Assembly: GCF_004010195.1 (NCBI RefSeq)
Contig: NC_057718.1
Coordinates: forward strand, 1,502,881 to 1,566,880
DNA: 64,000 nucleotides
Origin: Chiloscyllium plagiosum
Taxonomy: Eukaryota
Direction: 5' to 3'
This document shows positions 26,770-39,222 of this stretch, one piece after another (positions within the stretch are counted from its first letter, which is position 1; every line of letters begins with the position of its first letter). The notes beneath the pieces were generated by a model. That model saw only the letters and a program-made list of their open reading frames with translations. It did not search any database and was not told where the DNA came from. The translations under genes and the position numbers were made by a program.

Positions 26770-27480
26770 TGAGATAGAATGTGGGAGATCAGGGAGAAGT
26801 CAAATGTTTCTGACAACCACGACTGCAGAAAGTGTGTCCATCTGCAGTTCCTCTTGATCGCATGGATCAGTTGGAGCAATGGAATTGCTGAGGAGCATAC
26901 TGGAGGCAGAAGATTTTTTCTAACTAGAAATGTCAGGTATGTGGCCACATCAAAGGGTCAGCCAGATAAATGGTTGACTGTGAGGAGGGACTGGCAGGCA
27001 GTGCAGGAGTCTCCTGTGGATATTCTCAAACACGTATGCTTTCTGAATACTGTTGATGGGGATGGCCTCTCAGAGGAAAGCAAGAACAGCAGCTAGATCA
27101 GTGACACAGCGAGGGTCGAAGTGTAGGGGACACAAAATGATATTTCTGTGGATCCAAGCTTGACTCTAGAATAATATGTTAACTCCCTAGTGACAGGGTA
27201 AAGGATGTATCTGAAAGGGGAGGTTGAGCAGCTAGAGGTCATGGTCCATATTAGTATTAATGACAAAGGCAGGAAGAGAGATGAGGCACTGCAAAGGGAA
27301 TTTAGGGAGTCAGATAGTAAGTTGAAAAGCAGGACCACTAGGATTGTAATCCCAGGAGTACTCTCTCTGCCAGGTGCAAGTGACATAAGAAATAGAAAGA
27401 CGATACACTTAAATGCATTGCTGAAGAGATTGCTTCAGATATTTGCATCATTGGGATCGCTTTCAGAGTAGGAAGGACCT
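26770..27480 (+). mobile_element. CR1 ORF1 remnant (Cys motif plus esterase-like domain)
   Basis: MWEIRE...DNHDCRKCVHLQ, VMVHISINDKGRK, KLKSRTTRIVIPGVL. Confidence 0.7.
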
Positions 27481-30400
27481 GGTCGAGCCCTGAGGAGTGT
27501 TGCCGAGCAGAGAGACCCTGGGTGTAGTTACATTGTTCCTTGAAAGTGGCATCACAGGAAGACAGGGTGGTGAAGAGGGCATTTTAGCATGCTTGCCTTT
27601 GTCGGTTAGAGCATTGAGTACAGGAGTTGGGGTGTCATGTTATGGCTATACAAGACATTGGTCAGGCCACATTTGAAGTTTACAATTCTGGTCACCCTGC
27701 TTATTAAACTTGAAAGGGTACAAAAAACATTTACAGAGATTTACTAATTTTGGACTCTACTAACTTGAGGGAAAGACCTTAGCTATTCACCTTATATATG
27801 CCCCTCATGATTTTATAAACTGCTATAAGTTCACCCCTCAACCTCCTACACTCCTGTGAAAAATCTCCCAATCTATCCAGTCTCTCTTCATAACTCAAAC
27901 CCTCCATTCCTGCAATATCCTGGCAAATCTCTTCTGACCCCTCCCTAGCTTAATAATATTTTTTCTATAACAGGGCGACAAGAACTGGACACTGTATTCC
28001 AGAAGAGGCCTTACCAACAGCCTGTACAATCTCAACATAACATCCCAACTCCTATACTCAAAGATCCGAGCAATGAAGGCAAGCATGCTACACGTCTACT
28101 TAACCACCCTATCTGTATGTGATGAAAACATCAGATGACTATCTATCTGAACCGCTAGGTATTTCTGTTTAACAGCACTACCAAAGGCTCTACTTTTAAT
28201 TGTCTAAGTCCTGCCTTTGTTTGTTTTACCAAAATGCAATATCTCACATTTATCCAAATTAAACTCTATTTGCCTCTCTTCAGTCCATTGATCCAATTGA
28301 TCAAGAACTCCCTGTAATCTTAAATAACCTTCTTCACTGTCCACTATCCTACCAATCTTGGTGTCAATTGCAAACTTACTAACCATGCCTTCTATGTTTT
28401 CATCTAAATTATTTATATAAATGACAAACAAAATTGGACCCAGCACCGATCCATGTGGAGCACCACAGGTCATAAGCCTCACCATCACTATCTGTCTCCT
28501 GCTGTTAAGTGAATTTATATCCAATTGGTAAGCTCACCCTGAATCCCATGTGATTTAACTTTAGTGATTAGTCTTCCATGCCAAACCTTGTCAAAGGCTT
28601 GACTAAAGTCCAAGTAAACAATGTCTACCACTCTACCCTCATCAATTTTCTTGGTTTCTTCCTCAATAAGCTCAATCAAGTTTGTGAGACACGATTTCCC
28701 CAGCTCAAAACCACACAAAACCTAATCATTCCTTGCCTCTCCAAATGCATATAAATCCTATCTTTCAAAATACCTTCCAACATCTTGCCCACCACTGAAG
28801 TCAGACTCACAGGTCAGTTTAGTTACCAGGTTTCTCATTACATCCCTTCTTAAACATAGACACAACATTTTGGGAAACCAAATCTTAGCAGGACTTATAC
28901 ACTTAATGATAAGGTCCTCGGAGTGTTGCTGAACAAAGAGACCTTGGAGTGCAGGTTCATAGCTCCTTGAAAGTGGAGTTGCAGATAGATAGGATAGTGA
29001 AGAAGGCATTTTGGTTGCTGTTTTCCCTGGAGTGTAGGAGGCTGAGGGGTGACTTGATAAATGTTTATAAAATCATGAGGGGCATGGATATGATAAATAC
29101 ACAAAGTCTTTTCTGTGGGGTGGAGGAGTCCAGAACTCGAGGGCATATGTTTAGGGTGAGAGAGGAAAGATATAAAAGAGACCTAGGGGACAACCTTTAC
29201 ATGCAGCGAGTGGTACGTGCATGGAATGAGGAAGTGATGGAGGCTAGTATAATTGCAACATTTAAAAGGCATCTGAATGAGTATATGAATAGGAAGGGTT
29301 TGGAGGGATATGGGCCGGTTGCTGGCAGGTGGGACTAAATTGGGTTGGGATATCTGGTCGGCATGGACAAGTTGGACCGAAGGGTCTGTTTCTGTGCTGT
29401 ACATCTCTATGACTCTATGACATTAGGCACTCTCCAGTCATCTGGCACCTCAGCCATCGTTACAGTTGATGCAAATAATTTTACTAGAGGTCCTGAAACT
29501 TTCACCTAACTTCCCACAAAGTCCTCGGATACACGAGATCAAGTCCCAGGCATTTATCCACCTGTATATTTTTTAAGACTTCCAGCACTATTACTTCTAC
29601 AATGTGAACTGTTTTCAATGCATCATTATTTATATCCCCGAGTTCTCTAGCCTCCATTTCTTTGTCCACAGTAAAAACTGGCGTGAAATATTCATTTAAT
29701 ATCTCTCCAACCTCTTCAGATTTAACACAAAGATGGCCTCCTTGATCTTTAAGGGAACCTATTCTCCTTCTAGTTACTTTTACTCTCTTGTTGTCTACGT
29801 GGACTTTACAAAAGCATTTGACAAGGACCCTCATTGTGGGCTAGACGAGAAGCTTTAAGTCGTGTGGGATCCATGGTGAATTGGTAAATTAGATTCAAAT
29901 TGGCTTAGTCATAGAAGGCAGAGGATAGTTTTGGAGGATATTTTTACGATTGGAATTCTGGTGTTCCACAAGAATCTGTACTGGGACCTCTTGTTTAAAA
30001 TATGAGTGGCCTGCTTAGTAAGTTTGAAGACATTGGTGGAGTTGTGGACAGTGAGAAAAGTTGTCAAAGAATATAGCAAGATAGAAATTAGTTGGAAAGT
30101 TGGGTGGAGAAATCAAAAATGAGATTTAATCCAGATAATTATGAGGTGATGCATTTGAGGTTAACTGCAAGAGAACTGTCTCCTGTCAATGGCAGAACCC
30201 TTAGGAGCATGGATATACAAATGGATCTTGGGGTGCAGTGTGGATAAGATAGTAAAGAAGACATCTGGTATGATGCTGTTATCAGTCAGGGCATTGAGTA
30301 TAAAAGCTGGCAAGTCATGTAACTGTACAAAACTTTAGTTAGGCTGTACTTAGAGTATTATGTTCAATTCTGGTTGCCATACTACAGGAAGGATTTGGAG

Positions 30401-30530
30401 GCTTAGGAGAGGGAGCAACAGAAGTTTACCAGGTTGTCACCTGAATTGTAGTATATCAGCTATAACAAGAGATTGGACAACTTGGTGTGTTTTTGCTTGA
30501 ACATCAGAGGCTGAGACTTGACCCGCTCGA
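27480..30530. mobile_element. Cluster of nested CR1 fragments on both strands (minus 27745-28865 and 29420-29790; plus 28865-29420 and 29790-30530)
   Basis: KSCLTNLIE, YLDFSQAFDKV, GAPHGSVLGP; CTATGACTCTATGA end near 29420. Confidence 0.8.
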
Positions 30531-30534
30531 AGTA

Positions 30535-31675
30535 CAGTAGTTCTCCTATAAGGCCATATTTGTGTTCCAGTGAAACCTCGCTTAATAGAAATAATGGCGC
30601 CTATGGGAAAAATGGGGTTAGGGGCAAGCCAACAAAAAACTTTCACTCCTGATCGCTCAAAAATCACCCAAACGTCTAACACAAAGTTAGCAGAGCCGAA
30701 ATGAATGTTGAATTCATATTTATTAACAAAAGTACATTTAACACAGCACATTTAATAAATGTAAAATAGCTGCTGTCTGTACAGTACTTCTCAGAAAGCT
30801 GCTGTGTTGGCACCAACATTGCGCATGCACAGAATGGCAACAATATCGGTGCATGCGCAGACCAGCGCAGAGATTTCAGCTTGCATGTCATGTACGTGCA
30901 GAACAAAGCGCATGAACCGATCCCAGCAAGAATTGCGCTATTGCCAACGGAGGTAAGCGTTCTTCAAAATACCGTTCCCTAATTCTTCAGCGATATTATA
31001 GCCAAATCGTGCTGCTGAAACGCACGTTATCCCAGAATTGAATTGAATTTATTGTCACGTGTACTGACGCACAGTGAAAAGCTTTGTCTTGCGAGCCATA
31101 CAGGCAGATCACAGAGTTAATAATAGGTAAACAAAAACACAGGTACAGGCGAATGTTAAGAGTTTGTCAGTCCATTCAATATTCTAACAACAGTAAGAAC
31201 AATCGAAACTGGAAAGTCAATAATGAGTTCCTTGGTTTTGCCAGCATTGAGAGCTAGGTTGTTCTCAGTGCACCATTTTTCCAGGTCTTCCACCTCCCGT
31301 CTGTAGTCTGTTTCGTCACCATCTGAGAATCGGCCGACCAAGGTGGTGTCATCAGCGAACTTGTAAATGGCATTAGTCTGGTATTTGGCGATGCAGTCAT
31401 GGGTATACAGTGAGTACAGTACGGGGCTGAGTACGCACCCCTGGGGGGTCCAGTATTGAGTGTTAGTGAGGATGAAATATTGTCCCCAATCTTCACAGAC
31501 TGTGGCCTGTGGGTCAGGAAACTGAGGATCCAGTTGCAGTGAGTTGGGCTTCGTCCGTGATCACTAAATTTAGTAATCATTCTCAAGGGGATAATAGAGT
31601 TGTAAAGCTGAACTGTCGTCAATAAGTAAGATTCTCACATATAGCTGTTCTTGGTGTTAAGATGAGAACTACTTG
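30535..31675. mobile_element. Tigger/pogo-like non-autonomous DNA transposon; right TIR split by a Rex1 LINE
   Basis: TA-CAGTAGTTCTCCTATAA at left; CGTTATCCCAGAA...AGAACTACTTG-TA at right; host CR1 continues across the TA. Confidence 0.7.
31040..31663 (-). mobile_element. Rex1/Babar LINE, truncated
   Basis: [48 protein letters not shown]; (AATTC)n tail. Confidence 0.85.
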
Positions 31676-32989
31676 TATATAAAATTATGAGAGGTATGAA
31701 TAGGGTAGACTGTCGGAGTTTTGTTCCCAGGGGAGAAATGTCAAATACTGGTGGATAGATTTAAGGTAGATTTTAGGACAGATTAAAAGAGTTTTTTTTA
31801 TAAAAATAGAGGGTGTTTGGTGCCTGGAACATGCTGACAAGGGAGGTTGTAGAAGCAGAAGGAACATTTAAGTGGCATTTAGACAGCCATAGGCAGGGAA
31901 TAGAGGGATACAGACCATATGCAGGCAGCTGGGGGTTATATAGAATGGCATCATAGCACAGACGTGGTGGTCTGAAGGGCCTTGTTCTTGTGCTGTATTA
32001 TTCGAAAAACAATTCTACCCTTCATGTGAAGGAATGCTCACTGACACTACTGCTGAGCTTCCTCAGTTTCATTTGAAAATTAGAACCATCATGTATTCAT
32101 TAGGAGGGTTCCATTCTCTGCAAAGGAAAGAATATTGTTTTTATTCATTCATGGAATAAGGGTGTCATTGGCTAGTTCAGCATTTATTGCCATTCCTAAT
32201 TGCCGACAAGGCAGTTAAGAGTCAGCCACTATGCTGTGTTCTAACATATGTTCAAATATGTTCAAACTTTGAACCTTTTTTTGACTTGCTAAGAAGCTTA
32301 TGGAGCCTATACTCACTTATTGCTTTCTCAATGGCAACATTTCAACCAAATCGTGTGTACTTGCTAATCAATCAATATCTTTTTCTCGTGGAATGTAAAT
32401 AGTCTGAAATTTAAAGTACTGAAATTGTCTTAATGGTTTGCAAGATTCAATGCGTCACCAATATGACTTCTTCTGGTAATGTTATAGTTGAGCTCCTTCC
32501 TCTGGATTTTCTCAGTAATGGAAATACTTAATAATTTTAGTTCAACAGAGTACCTCTCAATCTACTGTATTCAAAGGAACACAAGGTTAAATTTGTGCAG
32601 TCTTTTCTCAGTATCATTCTGGTAAAACTGTGCTGAAATCTCTCCTCAACAAAGCAATATTATTTGAGATGGTGGGAGCCTCCCATCTCATAAGACAATG
32701 TTTTATGCTGTATTGGTAAATCTTGTCACGAGTATTGCCTGTTGTAACTCAAGAGCCCCACTCCAACCTGGCCATCTTGGCCCCATTTACTGCAAAGAAG
32801 GACAGTGTACTTAGAATATGGTTTGATTCAGAGGCTTCTGCTTTCTCCCAGCCATCTTTTTGGCTAGCTGAGCTTTTTGTTTATGTATGTTCGAGATTCT
32901 TCACTTTGGAGAAATGGTACAGAATTCATAAAGATGGACTATGAGGTTCTTGAGTAGTTTGATTCAGGGAGTGCGAAGGTATTGAAGGT

Positions 32990-34680
32990 TTACGGTTGGG
33001 GGAGGTGGGGAGGGATCAAAAGTGGAACATCCCAAGGACTGGATGAGCTGTGTCCCAGTCTTCTGTGGGATACTAAGGAGGAAATTACAAGGGCTCTTCT
33101 CCAAATTTTTAGTTCCCTTCTGTCCCCAAAAGAGATGCCAGAGGACTTGAGGATAGCTGCTATGGTTCCACTTTTCAAGAAGGCAGTAGAGATAAGCCAG
33201 AGAGTTATAGACCAGTGACTTTTACATCAGTGGGAGAGAAACTATTGGAGAAAGTTTTGAAGGAAAAGATTAAACTCCACTTGAAGATTCTGGATTAGTG
33301 GTGCTGGAAGAGCACAGCAGTTTAGGCAGCATCCAAGGAGCAGCGAAATCGATGTTTCGGGCAAAAGCCCTTCATCAGGAAGTGCATTCCTGATGAAGGG
33401 CTTTTGCCTGAAACGTCGATTTCGCTGCTCCTTGGATGCTGCCTAAACTGCTGTGCTCTTCCAGCACCACTAATCCAGAATCTGGTTTCCAGCATCTGCA
33501 GTCATTGTTTTTACCTCCACTTGAAGAGGCAAGTTTGAGCTGGGATAGTAGGCATTGCTTTGTCAGAGGGCGGCCATGCCTAACAGTTTGGTTAAATGTT
33601 TTGAGGTGGTGACTAGGTGTGTCAATGAGTGAAATGCAGTTGATGCAGGATATCAGCAAAACCTTTGACAAAGTCCCACATGAGAGACTGATAAAGAAGG
33701 TAAAAGCATGTGGGATCCTGGGTAACTTGGCAAGTTGTGTACAAAATTGGCTAAATGGTAGGAGACAGAGAGTTGTGATTGGAGCCTGATGTCCAGTGAT
33801 ATTGAGTCCCTTATTGTTCATGAAATTTATAAGCAATGTGGTGGGAGATGATAAGTAAGTTTCCAGAAGAACAAAGATTGGTCAGGTGGTTGACAGTAAA
33901 GAAGGATAACTTGAGTTAAAGGAGGATATAGATGGGTTGGTCAGATAGGCATATCAGTAGCAAGTGGAGTTTAACTCTGATAGGTGAAGTGATGTACTTT
34001 GGATGAAATAACAACACAAGGTGGGACTCAGTGGCAGGACACAGGAAGCTCAGAGGAGCAGACAGATCATGGGTTGCTTGCCCACATATCCCTGAAGGTG
34101 GCAGAACAGGTTTACACAGTGGTTAAAAAGGCATATGGGACACATGACTTTATACACCACGGCATAGATTATAAGAGCAGGGAGGTTATTTTTGAGCTGT
34201 ACAGCATTTTGGTAAGGCTACAGCCAAAGTATTGTGTGCAGTTTGATCACTGTACTAGGAAAGATGCGTTTGCACTGAAGTGTTGCAGAGGTAATTCTCC
34301 AGCATGTTGCTTGGGATAGAGCCGTTTCACTCTGAAGAGAGGCTGAATAAGCTCAGACTGTTTTTCTTTAGATTCAAGAAGGCTGAGGGGGACCTGATTG
34401 AGGCATATAAGATTATGAGGGCCATGGACACAGTGGATAGAAAGCAGCTGTTCCCTTTAGCTGAATGGTCAATAACAAGCGGACATACTGTCAAGGTGAA
34501 GGGCAAGAGATTTAGTTGGGAATTGAGTTAAAGATTTTTTCACTCAGACTATGGTGGGAATCTGGAATGCACTGCCTGGGAAGACTTCGCAATCTTTAAG
34601 AATTATTTGGATGAGTACTTGAAATGTCATAACATTCAAGGCTGTAGGCCGAGTGCTGGAAAGTGGGACTGGTTTAGATT
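32990..34680 (+). mobile_element. Degenerate CR1 ORF2 and 3' UTR
   Basis: SQGLDELCP, EDLRIAAMVPLFKK, VVKKAYG, LYSILVRLQPKYCVQF. Confidence 0.85.
33288..33514. mobile_element. Palindromic PLE-terminus insertion (family A) with hammerhead core on each arm
   Basis: 97-bp arms 33285-33381 and 33387-33483 with 2 mismatches, 31-bp tail, 13-bp TSD CTCCACTTGAAGA. Confidence 0.9.
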
Positions 34681-34830
34681 TAGAAGCTATAAACGGAAGG
34701 AATTGTAGGTAGACCTACAGGGTCCTGGGAAGAAGCAATTTTTGATACCTTGGAAAGTGGTGGTTGAATATATGATTTGAATAAATATTGTAGAACAAAA
34801 GTATAATTAGTTTATTTTTTTACCCTTCAG

Positions 34831-34900
34831 AGTGCAGGTGAGGGATCGAGAGATTAAAGTTAACATCTTTGATATGGCAGGTCATCCTTTCTTCTATGAG
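34831..34900 (+). CDS. DNAJC27: DNAJC27 (RBJ) internal coding exon, G3 motif
   Basis: ttcag|...|gtaggt; encodes (K)VQVRDREIKVNIFDMAGHPFFYE; 70 bp. Confidence 0.95.
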
Positions 34901-35229
34901 GTAGGTAAGAGAGAGAGAAAGATATTGCATTTATGTTTGCTTTTCCTTCTGCCGGAATGTGACAAAGTGCTTGTAGGCAAACATACTAAATAGTTTGCAC
35001 ACAGCAGAATCTTATGGTTTGCAGTAAGATAACCAGTTTATTTATTTTTCATATTGGTTGAGGAATAAACTCAACTTCCTGGAGTACTCTCTTGCACTTC
35101 TAGTAATTAATTAAAATGAAAGAGATATTCTAACAGGTGGGTTGTTCTACTCAAAATGCCTGTGTTGATTTTGTGCGGTATCTACACACAAGTGGTAACG
35201 TATCCCATTTACCCTTACTATTCACTTAG

Positions 35230-37155
35230 GTGAATATGTCACCACTGGCACGAGCTTTGTTAGCAAATGTGTGGAGGACTGTGTACCAAAGAAGCCAATC
35301 TGAGTGTTCCAGACTGTACACTATGGATGAATCAGGACATCCACTCCCTACTGGAGACCAGACGTGCAGTATTTAAGTCAGATGACCCAGACCAATACAG
35401 AAAATCCAGCTATGACCTCTGCAAAGCAATCAGGAATGCCAAGAGGCAGTACTAGACCACATTAGAGAGCCAAACCCACCAAACAGACTCCCACCGCCTA
35501 TGGCAAGGCCTCAACAACATTACAAGATACAAAATGAAGCAGAGCAAGATAGTGGACAAAGACACATCCCTCCCTGATGAGCACAATGTTTTCTGTGCTC
35601 AGTTTGAGCAGAATGCCAGCAGTGTGGTGATGCGTGCCCCAATAGCCCCTTACACACCTATTCCCTCGATCACCGCTGCAGATATCAGATCGGTCTTCCT
35701 GGGAGTCAACCCAATGGAAGCGACGGGTCCAGATGGTGTCCCACATTCTGTGCAGGCCAATTGGTAGAGGTATTCACCAACATCTTCAATCTCTTCCTGC
35801 CACAAGCTGACTCCCCCACCTGCTTCAAGAAGACCACCATTATCCCCATACTGAAGAAAGCACATGTAACTTAATAACTACCGTCCAGTGGCTCTGACCT
35901 CCATAATCATTAAGTGCCTCAAGAGGCTGGTCATGACCCACATCAATTCCAGTCTCCCAGCCTGTCTCAATCCCCTATAATTTGCCTACTGATGTCATAT
36001 CCCTAGCCCTGCACTTATTCTTGGAACATATGGACAACAAGGATACCTTTGTCAGACTCCTGCTCATTGACTGCAGCTCTGTCTTCAACACCATTATCCC
36101 TGCCAGACTGACCTCAAAATTCTGTGACCATGGTCTTGGCTCCACCCTTTGCAACTGGATCCTCAGCTTTCTGACCCACAGACCACAATCAGTGAAGATA
36201 GACAACTGCACCTCCTCCACAATAACACTCAACACCGCAGCACCCCCAAGGAAGTGTACATAGTCCCTAGTGTACTCCACGTACACACATGACTCTGTGC
36301 CAAATTTGAGACGAATGCCATCTACAAGATTTCTGAAGACACCACGTTAGTGGGAGGGATATCTAACAATGAGTCAAAATACAGGGCTTGATGATATGGT
36401 GCAATGAAAACAGCCTCTTTCTCAATGTTGGCAAAACTAAACAACTGATCATTCACTTCAGAAGGAAAGGAGGAGAGCATACCCACATCTACATCAACAG
36501 AACTGAAGTTGAGATGGTGGAGAGCATCATGTTCCTCAGATGACGATAACTGACAGCCTGTCCTGGAATTCCCACATAGATGCTACGTCAAGAAGGCACA
36601 ACAACACCTCTTCTTCCTTAGGTGGCTCAGAAAATTTGGCATGTCCAAATGTCACCAATTTCTACAGATGCACCATTGAGAGCATATTTGCTGGATGCAT
36701 CACGGCCTGCTATGGCAACTGGTCTGCTTAGGACCATAAGAAACTACAGGAGGTGATGTACACAGCCCAGACCATCAGGAAAGTCAACCTTCCATTTATG
36801 GACTCCATTTACACAACTTGCTGCTGCGGAACGGCTGCCAATATCATCAAAGACCTATCATACCGCAGTGATCATCTCCTACAATCTCTTCCATCAGGCA
36901 GGAGACACATGCACAGGAGATTCAGGAGCAGCTTCTTCCCAGCCGTTATTAGACTGATGAATGGACTCTCAATCATTAAATAAAGCTGATCTTGCTCACG
37001 CTGATCTCACCTAGTGGGCAACCTGTGCAGTGTAACCTGTGTGCCTCTGTCTAAGTCTTTTTGATCTGTACATCCTTGCTTACTATGATCTGCTTGTACT
37101 GCTCGTAAACAAAAGTTTTCACTGTACCTCGGGTACATATGACAATCAATCAATC
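35230..37155 (+). mobile_element. Rex1/Babar LINE, degenerate ORF2 and 3' UTR
   Basis: [46 protein letters not shown]; (CAAT)n tail. Confidence 0.9.
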
Positions 37156-37239
37156 ATCCTTCATCTTTTCTACCACCCATCCAGCCAGGTATTAAACATT
37201 GTTAAGGAATCGCTTGCGTTATTAACTTTTTGTACAGTC

Positions 37240-37990
37240 TTGTGATTTAAAGGCTTGGGGAAATTAGTTAATTTTAAAAGACTGAATTTTCTTTTAAAAG
37301 GTCACTGAAGAGACACTTTTTAAAGTCACTGGAAGTCACATATCTTAAGCTAATTGCTTGGACTTGTTTCCTGAAAATCATAGGTCTGAGGTTATTGCTG
37401 TCAGGAGTTGTGGCTATTTGATATTGTTTGGAACTGAGTTGGTGTGTGACTTGCAGAGAGAAGTTACCCTCTTCCAACTGTTTTAAAAAATCATCTGATA
37501 ACCCAGAGTGAAGGCTGAAAGAACAGATGCAGCTATTCTCTTATTCTAGGAAACTTCCTTTTGACATCTCTTGAACAATTTGCTTCTCAAAAGATCTTTG
37601 TGACACTGCACAGATCTGGTGACATCTGTGTAGATGTGCCAGGAATACCATCTGAAACTTTTCATATTTTATTCATTTTTCTTCAAGAATTAGTCCTTTG
37701 GCCAAAGGATATATTTTTAAAAATTATCTGTGCAGAAAGTTTCTTCATTTTTCTTCAGCTAGTGTGTGTGCATGTGAATTAAAATTATTTTGTAGGGCCA
37801 GTATTTATACTTCAATGTATATGTTAATTGGCTTTGCATCTTTGAGTAGTTCTTGCTTTTATAAAAACAGTGCTTTGTTTCTTAGAAAAACCTGGTAAAA
37901 TTGTATTTTATATTATGAAACTAGCATAGATAAAATATATCATGGGCCATTTTGGTGATTGTGTTCAGTATTACATTATGCCATGAGCAC
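37240..37990. mobile_element. Possible old solo LTR
   Basis: Composition and ATAAA...AAAACCTGGT motif resemble the reverse complement of LTR 4782-5395; termini not resolved. Confidence 0.3.
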
Positions 37991-38319
37991 TGAAGTAATG
38001 GAATTAGAACATTTACCTGATCTTTGCTTCAGTCATTAATGCTGAATCCCAAAGCGTCAATGATTCTTCTTCTATAAATAAGCTTATCCTGCTCTTGGTC
38101 TGAAATCTTTTTCATTTAATCTTGCACTTATGCACCCCCAGTTTAAGACTGGAAACGTTCTTTACATCTACTTTGATCTATCACTCTACAATTTAAAACA
38201 TGTCCATAAAACTATTCTTTTATGAGTCCATAAATTTAAACAGCCCAAATATTTACCTTTTCCTTTCTCTTGCTTTTCTGTCTGATTTAAATGATGCCTT
38301 ATTCACTGAAGTAGGGGAT

Positions 38320-38605
38320 GGCCCAGATCACGTTCTGGTGACCCAGGTTCGAATTCCATTATGGCAGATGGTGGGATTTGAATTCAACAAATATCTGGAA
38401 TTAAGAATCTGATGAAAAACCTGGTTTGCTAATGTCCTTTAGGGAAGGAAATCTCCCATCTTTACCTGCTCTGGCCTACACATGCTTCCAGACCCACAGC
38501 AATGTGGTTGACTCTCAACTGCCCTGTGTGCAATTAGGGTTGGGCAATAAATGCTGTCAATCCAGCGACGGCCTCATCCCATGAATGAATAAAGAAAAAA
38601 AAATG
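38320..38605 (+). mobile_element. Old tRNA-derived SINE with SINE3/DeuSINE-like 3' tail
   Basis: B-box GGTTCGAATTCC; tail GGGCAATAAATGCTG...CATCCCATGAATGAATAAA; related pieces at 32140-32240, 39640-39697, 40230-40545, 57930-58090. Confidence 0.55.
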
Positions 38606-38853
38606 TCTATTTTGTCATTCAATTTCCTTCCATTCTGTTGTGCTGTAGCCATTGCTTGGAGATTACTTCTGACCTGCATTACAACGGTTTACAATGAGTC
38701 ATTATTTGAAGTGCCTCGTATTTTAGCCATGCTTGATGTTCTCAAATGCCCCACTGTCCTGAACTGCAAAAGGTAGAATTCCCAATTACCATTGTGAATG
38801 TGAGCAGCATTGTTTGATAGTTTGCTTGCTGGTGATTTTTGTTTTTGTGATAG

Positions 38854-39018
38854 GTACGCAATGAATTTTATAAAGACACTCAAGGTGTGATCCTTGTCTA
38901 CGATGTTGGCCTGAAGGATTCCTTCGATGCGCTGGAGGGTTGGCTTGCTGAGATGAAGCAGGAATTGGGACCTCATGGGAACATGGAGAACATTGTGTTC
39001 GTTGTCTGTGCTAATAAG
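38854..39018 (+). CDS. DNAJC27: DNAJC27 coding exon
   Basis: gatag|...|gtaaca; VRNEFYKDTQGVILVYDVGLKDSFDALEGWLAEMKQELGPHGNMENIVFVVCANK; 165 bp, phase 0. Confidence 0.97.
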
Positions 39019-39065
39019 GTAACACATTATAGTTACATTATTTTGCTTCTTCTCCACACTTAGAA

Positions 39066-39222
39066 TATGGTGTGAAGATGCCAATGTTGGATTGGGATGG
39101 ACAAAGTCAGAAGTCACATGACACCAGGTTATAGCTCAACAGGTTTATATGAAATCAAATTCTTTCGGAGCGCTGTTCCTTCATCAGGTGAAGTATGACT
39201 TGTTATTGTGAGACTTCTGACA
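39066..39222 (-). mobile_element. PLE 3' terminus (family B) with hammerhead-like core
   Basis: Minus strand CTGATGAAGGAACAGCGCTCCGAAAG; short inverted copy of AGTCAGAAGTCACA at the right end. Confidence 0.65.

Noticed and set aside
33288..33514. Palindromes as DNA-transposon MITEs or pre-miRNAs
   Set aside because: Variable 13-16 bp TSDs, a one-sided tail and identity to GIY-YIG element termini indicate PLE retrotransposition.
38689..39117. 142-aa minus-strand ORF
   Set aside because: Antisense shadow of a DNAJC27 exon, with no recognisable protein.
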